Source: a virus
Reading direction: 5' to 3' (one strand)
IMG/VR virus record: IMGVR_UViG_3300045107_000413
Location: 32,001-96,000 of that record
Length of the DNA: 64,000 nt
Shown here piece by piece: positions 1-9,744 of the stretch. The translations under genes and the position numbers were made by a program. The number at the start of each line of letters is the position of its first letter. Within the stretch, counting starts at the first letter, position 1. Under the pieces are notes generated by a model that was not told the DNA's origin, searched no databases, and worked only from the letters and a program-made list of their open reading frames with translations.

Positions 1-15
1 CCGGAAAGGCATTTT

Positions 16-204
16 ATGAAGCTCTACACCACCTCCGAGGCCGCCCGCATACTGGGTATCGCCCCCGTCACCGTGCGCCGCCATATCGAGCAGGGGCATC
101 TCCATGCTGAAAAGCAGGGGCGTGACCGCCTCATCACGGATGAGGAGTTGGCGCGCTTTGCCGCCGCGCGTCGTGGGCGGGGGCGGCCTGAAAAACCTCA
201 CTGA
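16..204 (+). CDS. Excisionase-like HTH DNA-binding protein (copy 1)
   Basis: YTTSEAARILGIAPVTVRRHIEQGHL motif; near-identical to 53512-53712. Confidence 0.8.
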   Translation: MKLYTTSEAARILGIAPVTVRRHIEQGHLHAEKQGRDRLITDEELARFAAARRGRGRPEKPH

Positions 205-260
205 GCAACAAACAGCCGGTCACGGATAGATGTCAGTCGTGACCGGCTGTTTGTTGCTCA
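202..260. terminator. 23-bp perfect inverted repeat between convergent genes
   Basis: tgagcaacaaacagccggtcacg ... cgtgaccggctgtttgttgctca. Confidence 0.7.
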
Positions 261-408
261 CAACCGGTGCTTATTCCAGTCCACGCACGTCACGCGCCAG
301 CGCGCATTCGTCATCCGGCTTGCTATCACCAGATAGGCCCGCCGCCGCTTGCCTCTCAGTTGCCGCTTCTCCCACCACGCCCGCACCCGCCGCCACATAT
401 CCGCCCTC

Positions 409-768
409 TCATAACCCCAAATGCACAAACAACACGATGAGTAGCCCGTCATAGATGCCGAAGGCCAGCATGAGCAGGATGAGTGCCACCATGACGACTT
501 TCAGCCAGAACAGGATATCCTCCTTCTGTGCCAGCACCGCCGCAAGGGAGGCCCCTGCTTCCTGTCCGTAGCCATGCACATCTTCCCCAAGCCCTGATAG
601 CACGTTCTCTATGCGCTCCATGCGCTCTATCAGCAGGGTGTTGAGCGTAGGCGGCTTGCCTGGCGCTATCTCCGAGAGCAGGGGGCGGCTCATGTCTCCT
701 CGCGCCATTTCCGGCGCGCTCTGCTCCGTCGCTGTTTCCTGATCTCCTGGCATCACTTCTCTCTCCAT
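409..768 (-). CDS. Hypothetical membrane protein
   Basis: Hydrophobic C-terminus; ATG at 768 overlaps the upstream stop. Confidence 0.55.
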   Translation of the reverse strand: MEREVMPGDQETATEQSAPEMARGDMSRPLLSEIAPGKPPTLNTLLIERMERIENVLSGLGEDVHGYGQEAGASLAAVLAQKEDILFWLKVVMVALILLMLAFGIYDGLLIVLFVHLGL

Positions 769-1124
769 CAGGCCCCCTCTTCCAGCACCGAGAGCCAACG
801 AACAAGCACCGTCACCTGCTCACGGCGCACCTGGTAGTAGGCATAGAGGCCGTGTTTGTATCCGCTGATGAGGCCAGCCTCACGCAGTACGCGCAAGTGG
901 TGGGAAATGGTAGCCTGCTCCAGCGTAAAGGCATTCACCAGTTCCCCCACACAGAGACGGCCCTCATGGCGCAAGAGCAGGGACAGCAGTTGCAGGCGTG
1001 TCGGGTCGGCGAGGGCCTTGAAGCGCCGCGCCTGTGCGACTGCCTCCTCTTCTGCAAGCGGGGCTTCCAGTTGCACGGGCGGCCTCCATGACGGCTCAGC
1101 GCGAAATGTGGTATGCACGTCCAT
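768..1124 (-). CDS. ArsR/SmtB-family transcriptional regulator
   Basis: FKALADPTRLQLL...LCVGEL...QATISHHLRVLREAGLI; GGAGGAGG RBS before ATG 1124. Confidence 0.88.
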   Translation of the reverse strand: MDVHTTFRAEPSWRPPVQLEAPLAEEEAVAQARRFKALADPTRLQLLSLLLRHEGRLCVGELVNAFTLEQATISHHLRVLREAGLISGYKHGLYAYYQVRREQVTVLVRWLSVLEEGA

Positions 1125-1203
1125 CCTCCTCCTCTGCCAGAACGAAATATGTAGATATGCCATTGCAAGAAGGATAGCACGGCAGACGGGCAAAGACAAG
1201 GGG

Positions 1204-1554
1204 TCAGGGCGATGCGCTCGTATCAATGGTGGCAGGAAGGCGGCTCACACGAATGGTAGCGCCATCTCTGATCGTGATTGAGTCGTCTTCGATCTCAATA
1301 TCCAGGTTGCGCTGCTTCTTGAGGGTATCGATGAGCAGGTTCATCAGGGACTTGAGTTGCTTATATTCCCCCTCGACGCGCTTGATCTGGTTGCGCAGGA
1401 GTTCATTTTCGGCAGAGAGCGCCTCCCGCACGCGCGTCTGCACGCCCACTTCTGCGTTGGCAACGGCGCTACGCAGCGCAATATAGCCCCCCAATACCCC
1501 GCAGATGAGCAAAATAAAGTTAGCAATCGTCAGAATTTGCGCCCAGTTTACCAT
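1204..1554 (-). CDS. N-terminal TM plus coiled-coil protein (possible lysis accessory)
   Basis: One TM segment then heptad-rich region; lies downstream of the tail module. Confidence 0.55.
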   Translation of the reverse strand: MVNWAQILTIANFILLICGVLGGYIALRSAVANAEVGVQTRVREALSAENELLRNQIKRVEGEYKQLKSLMNLLIDTLKKQRNLDIEIEDDSITIRDGATIRVSRLPATIDTSASP

Positions 1555-1681
1555 CGCGCCTGCTCCCGCCGCTCACTCCCGCCTACATGCCGCGCTGCCT
1601 GCTTGAGCAGGATGGCCCCGGCGCCAAAGAGGGCAAGCAGCAGCATGAAATTGCAGAGTGCCAACGCGCCCGCCCAACTTA

Positions 1682-1912
1682 TCATAGATGCCGCTCCTCC
1701 ACAAACTGCCGCCGCCACTCTTCTAAGAGCCGTACTCGCTCCTGCAACGCCTCGTGCGAGAGGCCATAGCGTTTAATGAAGCTGCGCAACTGCATAAAGG
1801 CAACGGGGCCAAAGATCACCAGAATGAGAAACGTGAGGAAAATGGCCCAGCGTACCAGCAGAATCACTACCTCTTGTGACACTTCCCACATCCTTCCATC
1901 ATCCATCACCAC
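1682..1912 (-). CDS. Small membrane protein
   Basis: Hydrophobic stretch VVILLVRWAIFLTFLILVIFG. Confidence 0.5.
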   Translation of the reverse strand: MVMDDGRMWEVSQEVVILLVRWAIFLTFLILVIFGPVAFMQLRSFIKRYGLSHEALQERVRLLEEWRRQFVEERHL

Positions 1913-2348
1913 ACACGCTACAGAGGCAAAAATACGCGCCTCCCCCTAATCCACTACCTGCATGCCGTGCAAGGCCATCTGTTGGGCTTCCTGGTGGCAA
2001 AGAGCGGCACGTGGAGCGACTACCCCCGGCAGGGAGACACGCACTCCCTGCCGTATTGCGTAGAGAAGGAAAGTAACAAACAAGGAAACAGAAACGGAGA
2101 GAAGATATCTTGCACGGTGCTTTCCCTTCCCTTCCACCACTTCACCTGCCACCACCACGCGCCTGCGCGCGACGGGCAAGGCCGTCGCTCATCACAACCA
2201 CGTCACAGTTTGCCCTTGTGGCAAGTATAGCACATCCTTCCTGCCTGTTGTAGGGAAATTGCCCCTTGTCTTTTGTGTTTGCCTGTGGAATACTAGAGAT
2301 AGGGAGATTGAACATTCTCGATACAGTTCTACACAAGAAGGGAGAACC

Positions 2349-3722
2349 ATGCCCGTGAAACACGTGCCTGTTCGTGCCATCCTCATCTCATTCCTGCTCA
2401 TCCTCACTTTTACCGCCTCCGACCTGCTCCCAGGACAAGCACAGGCGGCTTTCCCACACAAGTACACCAATACCACGCCCATCCAGCACGTGGTGTATAT
2501 CGAAAAGGAGAATAGAACCTTTGACGACTACTTTGGCGGGTACCAGTGCCTTGACGCATCAGGGATACGGAGCGTCCCCTGCGTCAACGGGGCCTCAACC
2601 GGACTCATCAAAATCAAGGGGCAAGTGCAGACCATTGCCCTGAACCCGACGCGCGATCAAGAAACCAACTTCTGCCATACCTGGCAATGCGCGCACAAGG
2701 CAGCAGACGGCGGGGCAATGGATGACTTCAATGCCAACCCCAATTGTAGCAAGGCCCCCTACAACTGCTACACGATCGGGGATTGCTCCCTCATCCCCAA
2801 CTACTGCGCCTATGCCGACAATTACGTGCTGGATGATAACGCCTTCTCATCGAGTGAGGCGCCAAGCTTCGTCAACCACCTGGACATGGTGGCCGCAGCA
2901 GCAGGGGACAGCCAGGCCGATAGCGCCATCAACAATCCCACGCTCTCCGGCAAAACGCCGCACCAGTGGGGATGCAACGCGCCTGTCGGGACTACTGTCC
3001 AGTTATATAGCGGCGCGTTGGTCTACCCCTGCGCCGACGGGCAAGCCGGGGATATGGCATCCTTCCCGACCCTTGCCGATGAGATGAACGCTTACGGCGT
3101 CTCATGGAAATACTACACGACGCTCACACAGGCTAACACAGGCTATCAGTGGAATACGCTCAATGCGTTCCCCTCCGTGCGCACAAGCTCCGGCATTGTC
3201 TCTTACAGCCAGTTTGCCACAGATGCCGCCTCCGGCAACCTGCCCGCCTTCAGCTGGCTCACCGCTCCGCAGGCGACAAGCGAGCATCCCTCCGCCTCTA
3301 CCTGCGCCGGGGAAAACTGGACGGTTGCGCAAATCAACGCCGTGATGAGCGGCCCCGATTGGGCAAGCACGGTGATTATCGTGACGTGGGATGACTTCGG
3401 CGGCTTCAGCGACCATGTATCACCACCTTCTATAGATGGTTTAGGTTATGGCTTTCGTGTTCCATTTCTGGTCATCAGTCCATTTGCCCGTGCTACTGAT
3501 AACCCGAACCAACCGAACATTAGCCATGGCCAACTGAGTTTTGAGAGTGTCTTAAAGTTGGCAGAAGAGGTCTATGGGCTTCCTGCTTTAACGGCAAGAG
3601 ATGCCAATGCTGGTGACTTGATGCCCTTGCTAGACTTCAGCGCCAATGACCCGCCTCTACTGCTTTCACAGCGCACCTGTCCTGCACAGACCATGCCGCT
3701 TAACGGGGATTGGAATGACTGA
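2349..3722 (+). CDS. Secreted phosphoesterase / phospholipase C-acid phosphatase family protein
   Basis: [36 protein letters not shown] and [11 protein letters not shown] motifs; signal-peptide-like N-terminus. Confidence 0.88.
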   Translation: MPVKHVPVRAILISFLLILTFTASDLLPGQAQAAFPHKYTNTTPIQHVVYIEKENRTFDDYFGGYQCLDASGIRSVPCVNGASTGLIKIKGQVQTIALNPTRDQETNFCHTWQCAHKAADGGAMDDFNANPNCSKAPYNCYTIGDCSLIPNYCAYADNYVLDDNAFSSSEAPSFVNHLDMVAAAAGDSQADSAINNPTLSGKTPHQWGCNAPVGTTVQLYSGALVYPCADGQAGDMASFPTLADEMNAYGVSWKYYTTLTQANTGYQWNTLNAFPSVRTSSGIVSYSQFATDAASGNLPAFSWLTAPQATSEHPSASTCAGENWTVAQINAVMSGPDWASTVIIVTWDDFGGFSDHVSPPSIDGLGYGFRVPFLVISPFARATDNPNQPNISHGQLSFESVLKLAEEVYGLPALTARDANAGDLMPLLDFSANDPPLLLSQRTCPAQTMPLNGDWND

Positions 3723-3757
3723 GGAGACGGCTTGACAATCTGTCAATGCCTGATATG

Positions 3758-3797
3758 TTGCCCCCTCTGTAGATGATTTACAGAGGGGGCAATTTTT
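3758..3797 (+). terminator. Rho-independent terminator
   Basis: ttgccccctctgta / tacagagggggcaa stem followed by T-run. Confidence 0.7.
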
Positions 3798-3837
3798 CTG
3801 AGTTTCCAAAATTGGCCTCCAAAATGCCAAAAATGGC

Positions 3838-3866
3838 TTGACAACCGTTTGTATCCGTGTTACAAT
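3838..3866 (+). promoter_or_regulatory. Sigma70-type promoter with overlapping palindrome (copy 1)
   Basis: TTGACA-N17-TACAAT; TTGTA-N7-TACAA inverted repeat. Confidence 0.75.
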
Positions 3867-3905
3867 AAGAATATCAAGAGGAAACAAAAAACGGAGGAAA
3901 CGAAA

Positions 3906-4346
3906 ATGACGACCATCGACCAGCTTCTCAGCAAGCACAGCGACAATTATCGCTTTCATGGCGCGGGTGATTTCCTGAGCGACCTGATTGCTCAGGCCGA
4001 GGACGGAGCAATCCGCCTCTGGGGTCGCGACCATGATGACGCGGTGGACGGCGAGGCTGAGTGCGAGTGGGTGCAGGGCGAGGGTTTCCTCTACTGCACA
4101 GACATTCGCGGGGTTGAGGTTATTTATAATAATTTCTCCGGCAATGAGGGCCTTGTTCTCATCCTCGAAAAGCAGGTTGAGAATCCACAAGAATGGTCTC
4201 CTCGCACGGGCGACCGCCGCGAGTCCCTCATCCGCGCCGAAGAGTGGCGCGTGATCGGTGCCATTCGCCCGATCTTTGATGAGGACGGCGAGGAAGTCGA
4301 TCAAGAGGCATTCTCTCTTGAAGAGATTTTGAATGAGGAGTTCTAG
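3906..4346 (+). CDS. Acidic hypothetical protein
   Basis: GGAGG RBS, directly downstream of a consensus promoter. Confidence 0.7.
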   Translation: MTTIDQLLSKHSDNYRFHGAGDFLSDLIAQAEDGAIRLWGRDHDDAVDGEAECEWVQGEGFLYCTDIRGVEVIYNNFSGNEGLVLILEKQVENPQEWSPRTGDRRESLIRAEEWRVIGAIRPIFDEDGEEVDQEAFSLEEILNEEF

Positions 4347-4882
4347 TGGAAGAGAGGAGTTGTTCAAAGTGTGGTGGCCCAAGCCCATTTCCCAACGGGC
4401 GGGGCCGCATCTGCAAGACGTGCCGCACTGCCTATAAGGCGGCATGGTATCAAAGCAGAAAGATGCCCAAGACGCCGCCGACAGAGGAGGAGCGGCGGCG
4501 TCTCCGCAATGCATCGAAAAACCGCTATGCACGGAAGCGGTATCCAATCGATGCAGCGTATCGGGAGAAACAATGAGAAGCTGTGCGTCGCTGGCAAAAG
4601 GCGCATCCTGAAAAGAATCGGGAAAAGGTTGCGCGCTTTCGCCAGCGACAGAAAGCGAGGAAGATTATGCAAAATCCAAAGCTTGTCCAGATCGTGCAAG
4701 AGGCGATCTCTGAGGCTCGCGCCACGGGCCTCGATGACGACGATGCCAAGTGGCTGGCCGTTGGCGCGCTTATCCGTGAGGCGCGTAAAGAGGGCGTCAT
4801 CGGGGAAGTGATCTCCCCAGAGATGAACGCCGCCGCACAGGCCCTCGTCAATCAGGAGTTGAAAAATGGCCGCTCCTCGTAA
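4346..4882 (+). pseudogene. Zn-finger (CxxC..CxxC) basic ORF broken by an in-frame TGA
   Basis: ORFs 4346-4576 and 4583-4882 share a frame: AAYREKQ*EAVRRWQKAHPEK. Confidence 0.45.
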
Positions 4883-5105
4883 TAATACGAATGCGCGGGG
4901 CAAGCGCACACCCAACCCGCGCATCTCCCTCAGCATGGGCATCTCAGGCGAGTTGCGAGAGTTATTCTCCCGCTATCTCACCAATGAGGGGGTAGAGCCA
5001 TCTGAGGAGCATATCAAAGCTCAAGCCCGCGCATGGGCCTATGCCAATTGGGAGGCGCGGCTCAGAGAGGGCCTTGAGCGGCAAGAACAGGCAATTGTCA
5101 TATGA
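4866..5105 (+). CDS. Small putative DNA-binding protein (ribbon-helix-helix-like)
   Basis: RISLSMGISGELRELF pattern, basic N-terminus. Confidence 0.45.
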   Translation: MAAPRNNTNARGKRTPNPRISLSMGISGELRELFSRYLTNEGVEPSEEHIKAQARAWAYANWEARLREGLERQEQAIVI

Positions 5106-5141
5106 GTTTTTAAGGGGAGCGCAAAATTCCCCCAAAACCCC

Positions 5142-5170
5142 TTGACAAGCATTTGTATCCGTGTTACAAT
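5142..5170 (+). promoter_or_regulatory. Sigma70-type promoter with overlapping palindrome (copy 2)
   Basis: 5141-5170 is 28/30 identical to 3837-3866. Confidence 0.75.
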
Positions 5171-5318
5171 TCTTAGTGAAGGGGATGAGTTCCCCGATAG
5201 TCGCGCCCCGTCAGTGTGACGGGCGCGTGAAGGAGCGGTGAGTGCCGCCCCGCAACGTTCGCCGGGTGCCGAGTCGCCCGGCATGGCCTCGCAAGGGGCC
5301 GGAAAGGATTGATGAAAA

Positions 5319-5591
5319 ATGAGTAAATTTTCCCGCTACGAGCAAGTCCCATTAAATGAAATCCAGTCTATCGCCCTCTTGCGGGCGAGCGTCGGCCCGC
5401 ATGATATGTGCATCGAAGTCGATCCGTACTATGATGCGGATGATTGGCATGAGGCGGCACGGGGCGACGGGCGCTCCTACGGTGGCAGCGTCGAGACCGT
5501 TCACCGTCTCCCCGGCGAGTCCTTCAAAGAGTTCAAAGCCCGTGCGGAGCGCCGGGCCGATGAGTTAGACGCGGCAGAGTACCGCCGCTAG
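5319..5591 (+). CDS. Hypothetical protein
   Basis: ORF with AAGGA RBS downstream of promoter copy 2. Confidence 0.6.
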   Translation: MSKFSRYEQVPLNEIQSIALLRASVGPHDMCIEVDPYYDADDWHEAARGDGRSYGGSVETVHRLPGESFKEFKARAERRADELDAAEYRR

Positions 5592-5636
5592 CCCCTCTCC
5601 ATCGCCCCGCTGGTCGGGCCACTCAGAAGGCCAGCC

Positions 5637-5683
5637 AGCCAGCAACGTCAAGGCGTTCAGGCGGTTCGAGTCCGCCGCTGGCT
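5637..5683 (+). ncRNA. Minimal tRNA-like element (acceptor stem, one hairpin, T arm)
   Basis: AGCCAGC/GCTGGCT stem, AACGTC-AA-GGCGTT hairpin, GGCGG-TTCGAGT-CCGCC T arm. Confidence 0.5.
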
Positions 5684-5781
5684 TTTCCGTCAGTTTGGGA
5701 CTGACGGAACTCAAATCGCCTCCATTGAGGTAGCTGCCCGTTCATCCGTTCCGGGCGCAAATGGAACGGCTTCTTTGGGCC

Positions 5782-6147
5782 CTAAATCACCGGAAGTATC
5801 ACCAGTTCCTTACAGTCCCCATGAACAGGTCTGCCATTGCCATCCGTGATCGTGATATAGAGTGTCCATTCCCCCACCGTGTTCACGTCGGTACTCTGCC
5901 ACTGGTACTGTGCCTTGCCGTTCTCTGCGTCCAGGATTGTCCACGCCCCACTGCACGTCTTAACACTCCCATCCGGCCCCATCTCTCCATTCGGCCCGCC
6001 CATCTTCATGCTAATGGTGACGCCTACCAGCGGGAAGGGTATCGTATTGCCGTATGCATCCGTTGTCTGGAAGACGGGTAAGAACGGGAGGGAGTCATCC
6101 CCCGCAAAAATTGGGCTGTAGTTCTCTTGAATGATCGTACTTGCCAT
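5782..6147 (-). CDS. BppU N-terminal-like small baseplate/tail protein
   Basis: GDDSLP...ILDAENGKAQYQWQSTDVNTVGEW pattern; follows the fibre-like gene. Confidence 0.6.
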   Translation of the reverse strand: MASTIIQENYSPIFAGDDSLPFLPVFQTTDAYGNTIPFPLVGVTISMKMGGPNGEMGPDGSVKTCSGAWTILDAENGKAQYQWQSTDVNTVGEWTLYITITDGNGRPVHGDCKELVILPVI

Positions 6148-9100
6148 CTATGCCACCTCCACCTGTGCCACTCCACTGCGTACTGTCACACTACTCACCC
6201 CGCTTCTCATACTGACTCCCGCAACCCCGCTTCTCACCTTCACCACAGCATTAGGCGGCGCGGAGAGCCGGAAACGCGCCGAGACATCCCCTCGTTGCCA
6301 GGCACTCATCAACCGCACTCGTAGTGCCATATCCCGTATCGTCGTCGTGTCCTGAATAACGAGCCGCGTACTGACATCCCTGAGCAAGGCAAGCGGGAAG
6401 AAGGTAAGCACGTCTTTTGCCTGCGCCGCGCTCATCAGGCGCAAGCGGAGTGCCATGTGACGCAACTGAACGGCTGACTGAATACGGAAACGACTACTCA
6501 CATCCCCCTGCCGCGTTGCCATGAGGCGCAGTCGGGCGGGAGTATCCCTGTCTTGTGTTGCGCTCATCAGTCTGAGCCGTGAGGGTGTATCCCGTTCCTG
6601 TGTGGCACTCATGAGGCGCAAACGCGCAGACACATCATCCAGCACAGCCATACTCATCAAACGCAGCCGACTTGCCACGTCCTTCTGCTGATTGGCACTC
6701 ATCAGCCGGATGCGCGCGCTACTGTCCTTTGCCTGATTTGCCGACATCAGGCGTAGCCGCCCCGCCCCGTCTCTTTGCTGGCTGGCAGAGATGAGTCTGA
6801 GCCGACTTACTACGTCCTTCAGTTGGCTAGCCGACATGAGGGCAAGCCGACTGGCGACATCTTTTCCCTGTGCCATGCTCATCAGCCTGAAGCGAGAGAG
6901 GGTATCCTCTAACTGGTTGGCAGAGATGAGTGTGAGCCGCGCGCCCGTATCCTTTCTCTGTGCTGCACTCATGAGCCTGAGCCGCCCTGCTACCTCTTCC
7001 AACCGGGCTAAAGCAAGCCGGGATGCTACGTCCTGCTCTCGCGTTGCCATGAGGCGCAGCCGTCCTGCCACATCCAGCAACTTTGCCATGCTCATCAGTC
7101 TGAGCCTGCCTGCCACGTCCAGCAGTTTTGCCAGCCGCAGCCGAGCAGCCACGTCCCGCAGTTGCCCCGCGCTCATAAGCAAGAGGCGGGCTGCTACGTC
7201 TTCCCGGTTGATCGCAGCAATGTGCAGGCGCGCCGCTACATCCCTCTGCCGACTGGCCGACATGAGGCGCAGCCGAGCAGCCACGTCCCGCAGTTGCCCC
7301 GCACTCATGAGACGCAGGCGGGAGGCCGCGTCCCATGCCTCTGCGACCGACATCAGGCGCAGGCGGGACGCGCTATCATGCGCCTGACTGGCGCTCATCA
7401 GGCGCAAACGGGACGCCACATCCTTCAGTTGCCCCGCACTCATCAGGCGCAACCGCCCCGCCGTGTCCATGAGTTTTGCCAGAGTGAAGCGCGCTACCAC
7501 GTCTTCCAGTTTTGCCAGGGAAAGCCGGGATGCCAGGTCATGCAGTCCCGCCACCGACATCAGGCGAAAGCGGGACGCTACGCCTTTGAGCAAGGAAAGC
7601 GAGAGGCGCGTGGTGGCATCCTTTTGCCCGGTAGCCATCAGGCGCAAACGGCTAGCCACGTCCTTGAGTTGGTTGGCCGACATGAGGCGCAAACGGCTAG
7701 CCACGTCCGTCAGCACATTGGCGCTCATGAGCGCAAAGCGAGAGGCCACGTCACGGTACTGCGTCGCCGTCGTCAGGCGAAAGCGCGCACTGGTGTCCAT
7801 GAGTTTTGCCAGAGAAAGTCGTGCCTGGGTATCGCGCAGCAGGGCAAGCGAGAGGCGGGAGGCGGCGTCATGTAGGGCGGCGGGAGACATGAGGCGAAGG
7901 CGGGAGAGGACATCTTTTGCCGTGATTTTGGACGGCAAGAAGGTCGCCAGGATGGTCGTGTTGCCGTTCACGCCCTTGTTGCTCATGGTGGCCCCGGATG
8001 AGGTGGCAGCAGCCCCCACGCCCGGATTGTAGAAGAGGGTGGCCAGGGCTTTGCTCGTCTCCGTTGAGGATGCGCTTGCTGCCATATCCACCACATAGCC
8101 GTTCGTCACGGACGAGTAGGAGAGCGCGTTGTTGGCGCGCACGCCCAGTCCCCATATCCCTAACTCCCCGGCGCTGGCAAGGGCGGGCGTGGTGCCGGTA
8201 GGCGCATTCGTGCCGTTGGCATTTTGCTGGCTGACTACTTGATCGAGCGGGGAAGAGAGGGCTGCGCCGCGCCACTCTTCAAAGGCAATGGCAGCATTGT
8301 AGGCATTGTCAAAGGTGAAGGTGTGTGACGTGACCCCTGCCGTTGAGTTGGCAAGATAGAAGAGGGCCATCGTGCCGTTGCCGCCGACCACGCCTGCGGA
8401 GCTTCCTGCCTGCTGCCAGCCTGCGGGCGGGGTAATCACCGCCCCCGATGAGGCAATGATGGAGACAAAGGCGACGAGCAGGTTGCCACCGCCCGTTCCC
8501 GCCGTACTCACCGTGACCGAGGTCGCATTGGCTGCCCCCACCGAGCCTGCTGCACTCTGCACCAGCGTAAAGGTGACGCCGATTTTGAAGCGTGAGGCCA
8601 CATCCTTGAGGTTGGCTCCGATCAGGCGCAGGCGGGTCGCGCTGTCACGCACGAGCGCGAGGGAGAGCCTGCCCGCCGCGTCACGCAGATTGGCGACCCT
8701 GAAGCGGGAGGCCGTGTCCTTGAGTTTTGCGAGCGAGAAGCGGGAGGCGGCATCTTTCAGTTGGCTGGCGCTCATCAGGCGCAGCCGCCCCGCCGTGTCC
8801 ATGAGCTTTGCCAGCGTCAGCCTGCCTGCCGCGTCCTTTTGCTGGCTTGCTGACATGAGACGCAGGCGGGCGGCCGTGTCCTTCAACTGGTTGGCAGAGA
8901 TGAGACGTAGCCGCGTGGTGCTGTCCTTGACGAGCGCCAGGTTGAGGCGGGAGGACACGCCTTTGAGCAGGCCAAGCGAGAAGCGGGAGGCCACATCTTT
9001 CACCTGACTGGCGCTCATCAGGCGCAAACGGGAAGACACATCCTTCCTGTTCGTGCTGGCGGCTTTGAAGACGGCAAGGATGGTGGTATTGCCCGTCGTG

Positions 9101-9708
9101 CCGGAGCCGGACATGGTGCAGCCAGAAGAGGTAGAGGCCGTTCCCACGCTGGTGTTGTAGAAGAGGACGGCATTGGAGAACGTCGTCTGGTTGCTGTGCG
9201 CGTAAGAAGCCGTGTCCTGGCTGTAGCCATTGGTGACGCTGCTAAAGGTGAGGGCATTGGAGGAAGCCACGCCCAGCCCCCAGATCGCCAGTTCCCCGGA
9301 GGCCGAAAGCGTGCCACTGCTGCCGGTGGTGGCGCTGGTACTCTTGCCGTTCTGCTGCGCGATACTCGTGTCCAGCGGAGAGGAGAGGGCTACGCCACTC
9401 CATTCCTCAAAGGCAATCGCCACGTTGTAGGTGCCGCCGAAATTGAAGGTAAAGGAGGTCACGCCTGCCGTTGAGTTGGCAAGGTAGTACAGGGCAAAGG
9501 AAGCGGTACCGGTGGAGGCTCCCTGCGTCGTACCGACCTGCTGCCAGCCAGAGGGCGGCGTGATGCTCGCACTGGCCTGATTGAAGACGGTCACAAAGGC
9601 GACGAGCAGGTTGCCTGTGCCGGTAGCGCGCGTTGGGACGGCAAGGGAGGTGACGCCCGACGTGTTGCTTGCCGCCCCTGTTGATTGTACCAGCGTAAAT
9701 ATCGACAT
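6148..9708 (-). CDS. Repeat-rich putative virion fibre protein
   Basis: Two ~200-aa paralogous domains starting FTLVQS plus dozens of RLRLMSAxQxKDVAS-type repeats. Confidence 0.7.
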   Translation of the reverse strand: MSIFTLVQSTGAASNTSGVTSLAVPTRATGTGNLLVAFVTVFNQASASITPPSGWQQVGTTQGASTGTASFALYYLANSTAGVTSFTFNFGGTYNVAIAFEEWSGVALSSPLDTSIAQQNGKSTSATTGSSGTLSASGELAIWGLGVASSNALTFSSVTNGYSQDTASYAHSNQTTFSNAVLFYNTSVGTASTSSGCTMSGSGTTGNTTILAVFKAASTNRKDVSSRLRLMSASQVKDVASRFSLGLLKGVSSRLNLALVKDSTTRLRLISANQLKDTAARLRLMSASQQKDAAGRLTLAKLMDTAGRLRLMSASQLKDAASRFSLAKLKDTASRFRVANLRDAAGRLSLALVRDSATRLRLIGANLKDVASRFKIGVTFTLVQSAAGSVGAANATSVTVSTAGTGGGNLLVAFVSIIASSGAVITPPAGWQQAGSSAGVVGGNGTMALFYLANSTAGVTSHTFTFDNAYNAAIAFEEWRGAALSSPLDQVVSQQNANGTNAPTGTTPALASAGELGIWGLGVRANNALSYSSVTNGYVVDMAASASSTETSKALATLFYNPGVGAAATSSGATMSNKGVNGNTTILATFLPSKITAKDVLSRLRLMSPAALHDAASRLSLALLRDTQARLSLAKLMDTSARFRLTTATQYRDVASRFALMSANVLTDVASRLRLMSANQLKDVASRLRLMATGQKDATTRLSLSLLKGVASRFRLMSVAGLHDLASRLSLAKLEDVVARFTLAKLMDTAGRLRLMSAGQLKDVASRLRLMSASQAHDSASRLRLMSVAEAWDAASRLRLMSAGQLRDVAARLRLMSASRQRDVAARLHIAAINREDVAARLLLMSAGQLRDVAARLRLAKLLDVAGRLRLMSMAKLLDVAGRLRLMATREQDVASRLALARLEEVAGRLRLMSAAQRKDTGARLTLISANQLEDTLSRFRLMSMAQGKDVASRLALMSASQLKDVVSRLRLISASQQRDGAGRLRLMSANQAKDSSARIRLMSANQQKDVASRLRLMSMAVLDDVSARLRLMSATQERDTPSRLRLMSATQDRDTPARLRLMATRQGDVSSRFRIQSAVQLRHMALRLRLMSAAQAKDVLTFFPLALLRDVSTRLVIQDTTTIRDMALRVRLMSAWQRGDVSARFRLSAPPNAVVKVRSGVAGVSMRSGVSSVTVRSGVAQVEVA

Positions 9709-9744
9709 GCCCTGTTCCCTACAACCCCACTACAACCCTATCGG

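Noticed and set aside
6791-9007. Long plus-strand ORFs within the repeat gene
   Set aside because: Antisense shadows of a GC-rich repetitive CDS
6148-9708. Diversity-generating retroelement or DNA-level tandem array
   Set aside because: No reverse transcriptase seen; repeats are conserved as protein with divergent codons
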